Counted from the first letter of the stretch, positions 9,115 to 18,274 are shown. The stretch is DNA of 64,000 nt from Candidatus Omnitrophota bacterium (GCA_049643885.1 JBARQV010000055.1:9052-73051), one strand, 5' to 3'. Translations and numbers: made by a program. The notes: generated from the letters alone by a model not told the origin.

Positions 9115-11313
9115 TCAAGAGATTTCCTTGATCCTTAGCGCTATGTCCCTTGAAAAATCCGGAAGTTCGATGTGCAGGACGCCTTTTTCAGATCTCGTTT
9201 TCTCGGTCGAGATCACTTTCCCCTTAAAAGTATCCCACTGCTCGATCAAATACTGGCCGTCTTTTAACACATCGGCCTCAAAATATGCTTTCTTTATGGT
9301 TTTAGGCTCTGCCGCGTCGAATGTATTTCTCCAGTTGAAATCCTTATTCTGCACCCATAAAAGCATATCCTTCCCGACGATCAAGCCGAGGCACCTCGCG
9401 TTAGCGATCGAACTGTCAACATAATCCTTGAGCGTGATACTCTTTATGCCTATCCAATCCTTCCCTGTATTAGTCAATCTTATCACGTGCCTGCCCCGGG
9501 GAACGTTTATTTTCACGTCGGTGTTATAAACGCATTGCCAGATGCCGTGGTCTTTTCTGAACATGCACCTTTCCCACGGCCCTTTTCCTTCACCGGTCGG
9601 GAAGTCTTTCTCCAGAACTTTCTCCTCGTCCAGGTAAGCGACAAGATGTCCCCCCTGGGATACCATGTCCACATGCGCGATGAATTTGCTGTCGACGGGA
9701 TAGTCGACATAAAATATCAGGTCAGCTTTGTAGTCTTCCCTGGCTTTACCGTGCAGGTATTTATTAGGCTCTCCTGAGCCCAGCATGTCGCCGTTCCTCA
9801 GAACTTCGAACTCGTTAAAGAAGATCTTGCTCCACTTGTCCACCGGCTTGATGGTCTTGTCGTGGTACGCTTTCTTTTTGCCCCGCGGGAGTTTTATCCT
9901 TACAGGGCTTGTCCGGGCGAGTTTGACCGTTTTTGAATCCCAGTCGACATCATGGAGAAAAGCGCTGAGCCCCTTGTAATGATAATATAGCCCTTTCGGC
10001 CTTATATAGTTGTCCCACCACCAGTTCATGGCGGTCGCGCAATACCTGGAGAGGGCCGTGCTCCATATACTGTTATGAAGCGCGGTCCCCTCGCCCTTCG
10101 GGTCGTAATATGAATCGTCCCTGGTATTGTCTATGCCGAACTCGGAAATAACGCAGGGCTTGCCGTACCTGTCAGTAAGCTCCTCGGCCCTCCGCACAAG
10201 TGAAGGCACCATTTCCTCTTTTACCGCGTTACTGTGGACATGGATCGTTGCCAGGTCTATCTCGTCCAGTCTCCAGATCCCGCTTTCATCGAAATTCTGT
10301 CCATAAGGATAGCCAAGACTGGTCGTAACGAGCTGCTCATGGGGGTTGGCCGATCTGATATAAGAAGCCATCTCTTTTACCCAGTCCGGAGGGGCATTGT
10401 ATTCATTCCAGATCTCAAACGCCATCACGTTCGGGGAATAACCCCACCTGGATATTATATAACGCAACTTGTTCTTATAAGCGCGCTTAGCTTCAGGATC
10501 GGTAAAAAGATCTTCCGGGTTCTCGCAAGGCCCCCCGTTTTTCGCGTTATAGGGATTTATCTTCCACCTGTTCTCTGCCCACTGACCCCCCTCGTCCATC
10601 AGGCTGCCGTAAGTATCAAGGCACAGCATGATGTATATGTTCCTTTTTTCAGCCAGCCTGAACAGTTCATCCAGTTTACCGGAGGCGTTCTGGTCGTATT
10701 GCCCCAGCTTTTTCCACTCTATCGGGAAAGACCAGTCGCAGATCCATACCCTGGTCAGGTTACAGCCATTTTTTCCAAGTTCGGCAAAGTATCTGTCGAA
10801 AAGAGAAATACTGTTATTATTGACCCATGCCACGTTGTGTCCTATGCCGAAAAAGGGCTTTCCGGAGTCGAATCTCAGATAATGATCGTTGTTCCTGCTT
10901 CTTCTAAGAAAACCGTCCTTTTCCCCTTTTTTCACGTCAAAAGAAAAAGAACTTGATTCTTCCCTTGTCGTCCGGGACTTCAGCTCCATAAAACACCTGT
11001 ACTTGCCCTCTTCAAGCGGAGTAAAACGTACTTCCCAAACGGATTCCTTGCTCTCCATATTGTTTTGAAGACAAAAGGCCGGCACCGTGATCAATTTCCC
11101 TGACGGGCTGGTGATCTTAGCGTCTAATCTCACCTGGTCGGAGTCATAGGGATCCCCTGAGAAATAAGGAAGGCTGAGCTTGAACACCAAAGGCTCATAC
11201 TGATCCGCCTTGCTTGGTTTTGAGCTTATCTTTATAAGCTCCGCGTGGGAAGAGGAACTTATAAAAAAGGCCCCCAGCAGGAAAAATATAGTAAAAAATA
11301 ACGTTCTTTTCAC
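9115..11313 (-). CDS. Secreted glycoside hydrolase, GH5-like catalytic domain with N-terminal DUF5060-like Ig domain
   Basis: A signal peptide, and FEIWNEYNAP (GH5 NE acid/base motif) within a TIM-barrel-like region. The N-terminal 100 aa resemble DUF5060. Confidence 0.7.
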   Translation of the reverse strand: MKRTLFFTIFFLLGAFFISSSSHAELIKISSKPSKADQYEPLVFKLSLPYFSGDPYDSDQVRLDAKITSPSGKLITVPAFCLQNNMESKESVWEVRFTPLEEGKYRCFMELKSRTTREESSSFSFDVKKGEKDGFLRRSRNNDHYLRFDSGKPFFGIGHNVAWVNNNSISLFDRYFAELGKNGCNLTRVWICDWSFPIEWKKLGQYDQNASGKLDELFRLAEKRNIYIMLCLDTYGSLMDEGGQWAENRWKINPYNAKNGGPCENPEDLFTDPEAKRAYKNKLRYIISRWGYSPNVMAFEIWNEYNAPPDWVKEMASYIRSANPHEQLVTTSLGYPYGQNFDESGIWRLDEIDLATIHVHSNAVKEEMVPSLVRRAEELTDRYGKPCVISEFGIDNTRDDSYYDPKGEGTALHNSIWSTALSRYCATAMNWWWDNYIRPKGLYYHYKGLSAFLHDVDWDSKTVKLARTSPVRIKLPRGKKKAYHDKTIKPVDKWSKIFFNEFEVLRNGDMLGSGEPNKYLHGKAREDYKADLIFYVDYPVDSKFIAHVDMVSQGGHLVAYLDEEKVLEKDFPTGEGKGPWERCMFRKDHGIWQCVYNTDVKINVPRGRHVIRLTNTGKDWIGIKSITLKDYVDSSIANARCLGLIVGKDMLLWVQNKDFNWRNTFDAAEPKTIKKAYFEADVLKDGQYLIEQWDTFKGKVISTEKTRSEKGVLHIELPDFSRDIALRIKEIS

Positions 11314-11320
11314 GAATTAT

Positions 11321-11587
11321 TTAAATAGATATGCTCTTTCGTTCTCTGGCAACGCTGAATATCCACCCGATAAATATAGCGGCTGTAATGGTGACACCCA
11401 ACATCAAATCCTTAGCCGCATTCTCAGAAATGAGGAACAACTCCCCATTCCACAAATGGTCTATCACGCCGAATATGGAGGCGCCGTAAAGCATGAGGGT
11501 CAGCCGCCAGATCCTGGGATCCTTGTTCTTTTTCTTCCATACGATCGTTGAAACCACTGAAGCCACCAACGGAACAGTGTAACACAT
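11321..11587 (-). CDS. Small integral membrane protein (hypothetical)
   Basis: An 88-aa protein with hydrophobic helices. A strong ribosome-binding site (AAGGAGGAG) lies 5 nt upstream of the ATG. It sits between the porin-like and GH5 genes. Confidence 0.5.
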   Translation of the reverse strand: MCYTVPLVASVVSTIVWKKKNKDPRIWRLTLMLYGASIFGVIDHLWNGELFLISENAAKDLMLGVTITAAIFIGWIFSVARERKSISI

Positions 11588-11608
11588 TTTCTCCTCCTTT
11601 TTTAAAAT

Positions 11609-12928
11609 TTAGAATCCAACTTGTCCTCTCGCGCCATAGACAAGCATAGTATCCCCGTCCTCGTCTTCCATTTTTCTGCCTACACCATTTGGACGCCATA
11701 TTATTTGTAAATCAGGACTTATTGTCAAATAATCATTCAACTTCCAGGCATAATAAGTCTCAAGATGCGTCTCACAATTGTTTGGATTTCCTGTTTTGCC
11801 ATACGGCCAACCGGGTATCGCCTGACCTACACCCAGGCCGATTACATCCTCGGCCCTGTTCCAGTACGCTCCTGTCATCTGCCCGCCGAGCGACCAGTGG
11901 TATTCTAAAGTCCTGTCCGCGGGATCCTGCCATCCGAATCTACCGAAAAGACCGAAAACATCCGTAACCATCTGGTCGCAGCTGATCCCCAGGCCATAAT
12001 TCCTGTCCTTGGTCTTTTCAGGATCTTTCAGCCTGGTATGATCAGTGCCGTTGCACCAGAAGTAAACACGGTAATTTCCGCCCCACTTCTCCTCGTCATA
12101 ATCAAAAGCCCTGGCAGGCATAAAATTCAGCTGTGTCCCGACAAATGGATGGTCAAATACATCTTCCCAATCGCCGTCACCTTCCATCCATAATCCTTCG
12201 ATCTCTATAAAGTCAAGCGCCTCGGGCGCAATGTTCACCCTGCCGCCCAGAGCCCAGTCACTTGAAGGAAACTCGACGGTGTCCGCGTTCCGGAACATCC
12301 TGCTTATAAACTGGGTGGTTTCATCGTTTGCGTATTCGTTTGTGTCAATATAGTTCGGCGCGTATAACTTGCCGGCTGTCAAGCTCAACTGGCCGTCGAA
12401 CAAATAATGTTCGTACCATACTTCGCTGACAAATACGTTAGAACTGGTATCATACGCATCGAAATTAACAATACTGAAAAGCGATAGGTCTTCGTCTAAA
12501 CCGTTCCCTTGGCCGGGTTCCATGAGGATATAAGCTAAGCCCCAGTCGGCGAACGATTTTTCTATTTCAAGATCGAGTGTATAACTTCCGTCGATCCTGC
12601 TATCCTCCTTGGTCCCGGCATTATTGGCATTTGACGTTCCCTGGACGATAAACGTTCCCCCGGCGCCGATCCGGAAACCTTCCCATTCAAACATTTCTTT
12701 GACCCCTTTCCGATGGAACACATGTTCCTCATGCGCCACGTCTTTAAGCTCCTGGACGCCCGGCTCCGCTTTTATGACTGATATCTCGCCTTCAAGCTCA
12801 GCGACTCTCCTCTCCAGGGACTCGATCTTCATCATTAGCTGGTCCATCGTGGGGGTTGCACCCGCCCACGCAGACATGGAAGACAAAAAGAAAATTGCAA
12901 TCAGGAACAATGCCACTTTTTTCTTCAT
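11609..12928 (-). CDS. Putative outer-membrane beta-barrel porin (OprB-like carbohydrate-selective porin) with N-terminal coiled coil
   Basis: A signal peptide (MKKKVALFLIAIFFLSSMSAWA), a coiled-coil segment, an aromatic/Gly-rich region ending in a C-terminal Phe, and an AAGGAG ribosome-binding site. Confidence 0.5.
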   Translation of the reverse strand: MKKKVALFLIAIFFLSSMSAWAGATPTMDQLMMKIESLERRVAELEGEISVIKAEPGVQELKDVAHEEHVFHRKGVKEMFEWEGFRIGAGGTFIVQGTSNANNAGTKEDSRIDGSYTLDLEIEKSFADWGLAYILMEPGQGNGLDEDLSLFSIVNFDAYDTSSNVFVSEVWYEHYLFDGQLSLTAGKLYAPNYIDTNEYANDETTQFISRMFRNADTVEFPSSDWALGGRVNIAPEALDFIEIEGLWMEGDGDWEDVFDHPFVGTQLNFMPARAFDYDEEKWGGNYRVYFWCNGTDHTRLKDPEKTKDRNYGLGISCDQMVTDVFGLFGRFGWQDPADRTLEYHWSLGGQMTGAYWNRAEDVIGLGVGQAIPGWPYGKTGNPNNCETHLETYYAWKLNDYLTISPDLQIIWRPNGVGRKMEDEDGDTMLVYGARGQVGF

Positions 12929-12943
12929 GACGGTTCTCCTTTT

Positions 12944-13930
12944 TTAACAAATACGAGGAAGCTGGTCAGCTTCCAAAACTGGGAGTATCCTGCTCGACCC
13001 GATCTTTGTCTTTAGATAAACCTCTTCTTTATGTTTTGATGTGACCTCGCCTATGATACGCGCTCCGGGTCCCATCGCTCTTTTAACTTTCCCTGCGTCC
13101 TGTTCCATGACGAAACAAACGAACTTTCCTTCATTGGCGACATACAAGGGATCAAACCCCAGAACATCGCAAAGTTTTTTGACGCTTTTTCTTATGGGTA
13201 TATCTTTTTCGTAGATATCGATCCCGAGACCCGAAGCCGAGGCTATTTCGTTAAGAGCCGTAGCCAGGCCCCCTCTTGTAGGGTCACGCATCACGCTGAT
13301 ATTTTTCGACGCTTTTAAACATTTTTCTACCACAAAATTGAGATTAGAGCAATCACTCTTTATGCCGGACTCAAACCCAAGCCCTTCCCTTGCGTTCAGG
13401 ATGGCCATACCGTGTTCGGCTATGCTCCCGTTTATAATTATCGCGTCGCCAGGCCTTGCCTTTGCGCCGATCCGCCTGCCCTTATTATATATAATTCCTA
13501 TACCTGAGGTATTGATATACAGCTTATCGGCCGCGGCTTTCTCGACCACCTTTATATCCCCGGTGACTATCTTCACTCCTGCCTTCCGTGAAGCCCGCTT
13601 GATCGATCTTGCGACCTTTTCAAGGACCGAAAACTCAAGCCCTTCTTCGATTATGAACGCGAGGGAAATATAAAGAGGCTTGGCGCCTTTCATCGATATA
13701 TCGTTAACGGTCCCGTAAACGGCAAGTTCCCCTATATCGCCCCCGGGAAAAAATAAAGGTTTTACGACGAAAGAATCGGTGCTGAAAGCAAGTTTACTCT
13801 TGGCCACCCGAAGCTCCGCGGCATCGGTAAGTTCATCGAGTATCGGGTTGGAAAACTCCCGACGCAACACGTCTATGAGCTCGTGCATGAGTCTTCCGCC
13901 ATTACCATGAGACAAAGTGATAGTATTCAT
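12944..13930 (-). CDS. hypE: [NiFe]-hydrogenase maturation protein HypE (carbamoyl dehydratase)
   Basis: Starts MNTITLSHGNGG and ends with the conserved C-terminal PRIC motif. The ORF-track start at 14002 is an extension into the repeat. Confidence 0.9.
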   Translation of the reverse strand: MNTITLSHGNGGRLMHELIDVLRREFSNPILDELTDAAELRVAKSKLAFSTDSFVVKPLFFPGGDIGELAVYGTVNDISMKGAKPLYISLAFIIEEGLEFSVLEKVARSIKRASRKAGVKIVTGDIKVVEKAAADKLYINTSGIGIIYNKGRRIGAKARPGDAIIINGSIAEHGMAILNAREGLGFESGIKSDCSNLNFVVEKCLKASKNISVMRDPTRGGLATALNEIASASGLGIDIYEKDIPIRKSVKKLCDVLGFDPLYVANEGKFVCFVMEQDAGKVKRAMGPGARIIGEVTSKHKEEVYLKTKIGSSRILPVLEADQLPRIC

Positions 13931-13957
13931 TGCAAATTTAAAAGGTAAAATTAAAAG

Positions 13958-14063
13958 TATGTCATCCCGGAATCGTGCCGTAGGCACGATATCCGGGACC
14001 AATTAAAATTATTATGTGATCCCGGGTCTCCTTCGCCTTCGGCTCAGTCGCCCGGGATGACAT
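13958..14063. repeat. Two tandem palindromic repeat units (GTCATCCCGG-hairpin-CCGGGA family)
   Basis: Unit 1 is GTATGTCATCCCGGAATCGTGCCGTAGGCACGATATCCGGGA. Unit 2 is GTGATCCCGGGTCTCCTTCGCCTTCGGCTCAGTCGCCCGGGATGACAT, which is the reverse complement of the unit at 32198-32246 with one mismatch. Confidence 0.65.
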
Positions 14064-14070
14064 ATTTTCT

Positions 14071-15081
14071 TCATCCGCCATATCTATACGCCGCCGCGCA
14101 CGTCCCCTCTGATGAAACCATGCACGGCCCGACAGGGCTCCCGGGGGTGCACTTTTTCCCGAACAATCTGCAATCCCGGGGCGAGCTTATGCCCTGGAGA
14201 ACATCACCGCATAAACATCCTTTGGGCAGCGGCACATCGGGCACGTTTACGTTAAATTCTTTTTCCGCGTCAAATTGCCTGTATTCCTTTTTCAGCCTAA
14301 GGCCGCTTTTTTTTATTTTTCCCAGGCCCCGCCATTCCGAATCTCCCTGTTCAAAAACCGACTGCAGGATCTTGTTCGCTTTCCGGTTACCTTTCTTCTT
14401 CACGGCTCTTTTATATTCTATCTCTACCTTGCTGTCGCCTTTATTTACCTGATCGACCAGACGTTTTACTCCTTTTATGATATCGATCTCATCAAACCCG
14501 GTTATTACACAAGGCTTTCCGTAACGCGCCGCGATCCTCTCGTAAGGCGCACTCCCTGTAATGACGCTTACATGGCCGGGACAAATAAAACCGTCTATTT
14601 GTATCTTATCTGATCCCGCTATCGCCTCAAGGGCAGGGAAAATGACCTTAAAATTCGAAAGCAGGAAGAAATTCCTGATCTTCCGCTTCTTTGCCTCCAT
14701 GATCGTCGCCGCGGCAGTAGGAGAAGTGGTCTCGAACCCCACACCCATGAACACGACTCTTCTGGAAGGATTCTCTTCAGCGATCCTGAGGGCGTCAAGA
14801 CAAGAATAGACCACTAACACATCCGCCCCGCTCTCGGCCGCGTCCTGAAAACTTGACCTGCTTCCGGGAACGCGCACCATATCCCCGAAAGTGGTCATTA
14901 GCACGTCTTTGATGCCGGCTATTTCTACAGCCCTGTCGATATCCCGCTGGGACGTCACGCAAACGGGACACCCCGGGCCGGAAACAAGCTCGATCTCTTC
15001 AGGAAGGAGCTTTTTTATACCCGCCCTGGCGATAGCCATCGTATGCGTCCCGCATACTTCCATCAGTTTTATCTTTTTCAT
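14071..15081 (-). CDS. hypD: [NiFe]-hydrogenase maturation protein HypD
   Basis: CGTHT, GPGCPVC and CPVCV Fe-S/cysteine motifs of HypD. Confidence 0.9.
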   Translation of the reverse strand: MKKIKLMEVCGTHTMAIARAGIKKLLPEEIELVSGPGCPVCVTSQRDIDRAVEIAGIKDVLMTTFGDMVRVPGSRSSFQDAAESGADVLVVYSCLDALRIAEENPSRRVVFMGVGFETTSPTAAATIMEAKKRKIRNFFLLSNFKVIFPALEAIAGSDKIQIDGFICPGHVSVITGSAPYERIAARYGKPCVITGFDEIDIIKGVKRLVDQVNKGDSKVEIEYKRAVKKKGNRKANKILQSVFEQGDSEWRGLGKIKKSGLRLKKEYRQFDAEKEFNVNVPDVPLPKGCLCGDVLQGISSPRDCRLFGKKCTPGSPVGPCMVSSEGTCAAAYRYGG

Positions 15082-15083
15082 AG

Positions 15084-15362
15084 CTATTCTTCCTCCACAC
15101 TCTTATGCGTGTGGTATCCATTCCCTGCACGGAAGTATAGGGTGCTAACCGCGTCTTTGAGCTCTTTTAGGGCTTTGAGTGTATCCGCAGCTTCTTCTCT
15201 TTCGACCTTGCCTATAGCGAACCCGGCGTGAACAAGGACATAATCCCCTTCCCTGACGCCGCTCAAAACGCCGAGAGACACTTCCTTAAACACGCCTCCA
15301 AAATCCACTTTTGCCGTGTTTTTATTTACGCTTTTAACTTTTGCAGGAACTGCTAAGCACAT
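15084..15362 (-). CDS. hypC: [NiFe]-hydrogenase maturation protein HypC
   Basis: The N-terminal MCLAVPAKV (essential Cys2) and its roughly 90-aa size. Confidence 0.85.
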   Translation of the reverse strand: MCLAVPAKVKSVNKNTAKVDFGGVFKEVSLGVLSGVREGDYVLVHAGFAIGKVEREEAADTLKALKELKDAVSTLYFRAGNGYHTHKSVEEE

Positions 15363-16392
15363 GATATTGTCCTAACGCGATATTCAGGTCGTTGACGGGA
15401 ACAGACCTATTAATGAAAACATTAAATCCTTCCCGGGCCAGATCTTCTGTAACTTTTTTTCTTAAAAATTTATTCTGAAAAACTCCCCCGCTCAAGGCCA
15501 CGTCCGTGACCTTCGCCTTTTTCGACAGGGCCTTAACGGTTTTGACTGCGATCTCGGACATGGAATTATGGAATTTTGTCGCTACTTCTTCCTTCTTCTT
15601 TTTCCTTTTCACATCACCGGCCATACCCCGGAACAGGCCTTTAACATCTATAATATAACACTCTCCGTCTCTTATTGTTTCAAATCCATAGCTTTCTTCC
15701 AGATCGTCCCTGCACATCGATTCAAGCTTTATCGGCCCTTCCGCTTCATAAGACGCGTAAGTGCAGATCCCCAAAAGGGCCGCCGCGGCGTCAAAAAGGC
15801 GCCCCGCGCTTGACGTCAAAGGCGAATTTATATTCCTTGTCATCATCTCAAAAACAAGTTTTTTATCGCTCTCTGGAACATCTTTTATAAAGGAACTGCC
15901 CTCTTCCCCTAATATACTCAATACCATGCGCCAGGGCTGGCTTACGACCTTGTCGCCGCCGGGCATCTTCCTGTACTTCAGGTAAGCCGCCCTTTCGAAA
16001 CTATCGCCTCTGGCGATAAGGAACTCACCGCCCCAAATATTACCGTCTGCCCCATACCCTGTCCCGTCAAAAGAAACGCCGATAACCGGTCCCTTCAGGT
16101 CAAATTCGCGCATCACGCTCGCTATATGAGCGTGGTGGTGCTGAACGGGCACGACATCTTTGAAGGATCCTTTCGCAAATTTTGTCGAGAAATACCCGGG
16201 ATGAAGATCGCAGGCGACGATATCCGGTTTTGCCTTCTTTACAAGCTTGCGGACCTCTTTTTTGAAGAGTTCATAGTTCTGGACATCGCTTAAGTCTCCG
16301 ATATCCGGACCGGGATACAGAGAATCCCCTTTTGCCAGGAGAAACCTGTTCTTTATATCCGCTCCGGTTGCAAAAATCGTTCTATTTTTCAT
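15334..16392 (-). CDS. hypF: HypF-like carbamoyltransferase, Kae1/YgjD-like C-terminal domain only (no acylphosphatase, Zn-finger or YrdC domains)
   Basis: A 352-aa protein with the HHHAH metal motif, GGEFL and GGVFQN. It aligns to roughly residues 400-750 of full-length HypF. The ORF begins right at the domain boundary. Confidence 0.75.
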   Translation of the reverse strand: MKNRTIFATGADIKNRFLLAKGDSLYPGPDIGDLSDVQNYELFKKEVRKLVKKAKPDIVACDLHPGYFSTKFAKGSFKDVVPVQHHHAHIASVMREFDLKGPVIGVSFDGTGYGADGNIWGGEFLIARGDSFERAAYLKYRKMPGGDKVVSQPWRMVLSILGEEGSSFIKDVPESDKKLVFEMMTRNINSPLTSSAGRLFDAAAALLGICTYASYEAEGPIKLESMCRDDLEESYGFETIRDGECYIIDVKGLFRGMAGDVKRKKKKEEVATKFHNSMSEIAVKTVKALSKKAKVTDVALSGGVFQNKFLRKKVTEDLAREGFNVFINRSVPVNDLNIALGQYHVLSSSCKS

Positions 16393-16404
16393 ATTGCGTT
16401 AAAG

Positions 16405-16506
16405 GGACCGGTTGGGAGGGTGTTCCGTGCTCAAACAGTTCGAAAAAAAGCGACCTAAAATCGCTTTTTTTCGAAAACTCGCACTGAACACCCTCCCAAC
16501 CGGTCC
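16405..16506. repeat. 102-nt near-perfect palindrome (21-bp perfect outer arms and 13-bp inner arms)
   Basis: GGACCGGTTGGGAGGGTGTTC...CGAAAAAAAGCGA-cctaaaa-TCGCTTTTTTTCG...GAACACCCTCCCAACCGGTCC. It fills the whole hypA-like/hypF intergenic space. Confidence 0.7.
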
Positions 16507-16510
16507 TTTC

Positions 16511-16753
16511 TTACTCTATATCAAAAGATAACACTTGCACGATCGTTCCGGGAAAAAACGTGATATCAAGTTCCGCGTTCTCAAGGACCGTGCCCTTAGC
16601 CAGGACTTTAAACGTCTCTTTAAAAGATTCCTCTTTTACGCCTGTCAGCTCCCCGACTTTTAACTTCACCGTGGCAACACTCTTTGCCCCTTCTTTCTCG
16701 GCATGTTCCGCTATCCCTTTTATTATTGGCTCGATCAAATGGGTCTCATGCAT
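16511..16753 (-). CDS. hypA: HypA-like nickel-binding domain protein lacking the C-terminal zinc finger
   Basis: The N-terminal MHE nickel-binding motif (MHETHLIEPIIKG...), an 80-aa length and no cysteines. Canonical HypA is about 113 aa with CxxC-x12-CxxC. Confidence 0.55.
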   Translation of the reverse strand: MHETHLIEPIIKGIAEHAEKEGAKSVATVKLKVGELTGVKEESFKETFKVLAKGTVLENAELDITFFPGTIVQVLSFDIE

Positions 16754-17204
16754 TTTTCGTCTCCTTTATTTTATCCGTGATCTCCGATATCGCGTTTTTA
16801 ATGCTTTCCGACATCTCTTCACCGAAAGAAACATTTTCGGGCTGGACAGCCAACATGTAAATACCGGCCTTTGTTTCTTTCTCCAGAAATTCCAAAAATA
16901 AGTTCGGCGAAAGGTCATGCGTAGTAAGACCGGTTTTGGCTATCTCTTCCTTTTTCAGGAACGCATATTCGCCGGGTTTAAGGTCAAGATGTGCCGCATC
17001 GGCTATTACAACAGTATCGGGGTCTTCTTTGATTATTTTGCCGGTATAATTTTCAGGCGCACTGCCGGCGTCGATACATGTAAGATCTGTTTCAGCCTTC
17101 AGTTTCTCGATAAGGGCCGGGCCGAAAGCGTCATCGCCGCGCAAAACATTACCGATGCCTACAAAGACAACTTTCCCCTTTAATATCTTCTTAAATGTAT
17201 CCAT
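16746..17204 (-). CDS. Hydrogenase maturation endopeptidase (HycI/HyaD family)
   Basis: The VVFVGIGNVLRGDDAFG motif typical of the large-subunit C-terminal-processing proteases. Confidence 0.8.
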   Translation of the reverse strand: MDTFKKILKGKVVFVGIGNVLRGDDAFGPALIEKLKAETDLTCIDAGSAPENYTGKIIKEDPDTVVIADAAHLDLKPGEYAFLKKEEIAKTGLTTHDLSPNLFLEFLEKETKAGIYMLAVQPENVSFGEEMSESIKNAISEITDKIKETKNA

Positions 17205-17210
17205 AGAAAT

Positions 17211-17250
17211 ATGTCATCCCGGATGAGCCCAAAGGGCTCAATCCGGGATC
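17211..17250. repeat. Palindromic repeat unit (GTCATCCCGG-hairpin-CCGGGATC family)
   Basis: ATGTCATCCCGGATGAGCCCAAAGGGCTCAATCCGGGATC. It is the reverse complement of the unit at 18652-18692 apart from a single A/G difference in the loop (CCCAAAGGG versus CCCGAAGGG). Confidence 0.65.
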
Positions 17251-17268
17251 AAATAAAAGCAATAATCC

Positions 17269-17910
17269 TTACTCTTCGTGCTTTTTATTCTCTTCCGGCT
17301 TAGTGGTCAGGGTAGTCTCTCTCCTGCACCGCGCGCACACTATCTTAACCCTGTCGGACCTGCCGTAGTCCTTGAGCGCGGAAATAATATTCTCATCAAC
17401 AATACCAAGACTTTTCAGGCGGGATAGATAAAGGGTGGGATTGGAATAAGTCAATTCGCCTATTCTTTCGGATATCCATTTCAGGTGATCCTTGCATGTA
17501 ATAACATCGCCGCATACTTCACAAAGCTGCAGTTCCTTTTCGATTTTTTCGCTAGCTTCTTTTCGGTCAAAAAACGCGAGTTCCCAGTCAGTTGAAAGCT
17601 TGATGCCTTCATTGTCCGCGATGCATGCCGCTTCACACTGCCCGCAGAATATGCATGTATCGGTATGATGATACAATGTCCTTTTCGGATTTTCAGGATC
17701 CGCTGAATCCTCAAAAGAGAGCGCCTCCACCGGGCAGACCTGGACGCACGCCGTGCATCCCACGCATTTCTCGTCATCATATTTCGGCTGGCCCCTGAAG
17801 TTAGGATGAGGCTTGTGCATGACCTTGGGGAATTTGGACGTATATGGCCCTACGATAAGCGCTTTTATCGCTTCTAACAATTCTCTAATTTTTGGCTTCG
17901 GTATTCTCAT
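17269..17910 (-). CDS. 2x[4Fe-4S] ferredoxin subunit (NuoI/MbhN-like) with C-terminal Cys-rich extension
   Basis: The two cluster motifs CVGCTACVQVCP and CIFCGQCEAAC. The start is placed at MRIPKPKIRELL. The ORF-track start at 18033 overlaps mrpG. Confidence 0.7.
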   Translation of the reverse strand: MRIPKPKIRELLEAIKALIVGPYTSKFPKVMHKPHPNFRGQPKYDDEKCVGCTACVQVCPVEALSFEDSADPENPKRTLYHHTDTCIFCGQCEAACIADNEGIKLSTDWELAFFDRKEASEKIEKELQLCEVCGDVITCKDHLKWISERIGELTYSNPTLYLSRLKSLGIVDENIISALKDYGRSDRVKIVCARCRRETTLTTKPEENKKHEE

Positions 17911-17938
17911 TTTTGATTTTTGCTCTTTGATCTTTGAT

Positions 17939-18274
17939 CTATATTTCGCCCTCTTTGTCTTCTTTATACCTGTCGACGACGCTTCCTTCCCAGAGCTTGA
18001 CCCCTGCCCTGTGCGCACCCCTGGCCACGGCATGCGCCGCGACAGGAGCGGTCAGGAGAATGAACAATATACACAATAAAGATTTAAATCCCGCCGATGT
18101 AAAACCGACAATGAGAAACGTTCCGAAAAGTATGCTGCATGTCCCTAAAGTAACACTTTTCGTCGCCGCCTGAAGACGATTATAAACATCGGGGAGCCTC
18201 ACCAGACCGAGACACCCGAAAAAGTCAAACGCCAGTCCAACTACTATGAAAATAAGACCTATCTTCTCAATCAT
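17939..18274 (-). CDS. Mrp antiporter subunit G-like (MnhG/MbhC-like)
   Basis: The LGLVRLPDVYNRLQAATKSVTLG motif characteristic of MrpG/PhaG. Confidence 0.7.
   Translation of the reverse strand: MIEKIGLIFIVVGLAFDFFGCLGLVRLPDVYNRLQAATKSVTLGTCSILFGTFLIVGFTSAGFKSLLCILFILLTAPVAAHAVARGAHRAGVKLWEGSVVDRYKEDKEGEI

Noticed and set aside
10234-10956. A 240-aa plus-strand ORF inside the GH5 gene
   Set aside because: It is antisense to a well-supported 732-aa gene, has no ribosome-binding site and has low-complexity composition. It is spurious.
11424-11699. A 91-aa minus-strand ORF overlapping the small membrane-protein ORF and the porin 3' end
   Set aside because: It is in an alternative frame and lacks a ribosome-binding site. 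The 11321-11587 ORF has a near-perfect AAGGAGGAG site and is preferred.
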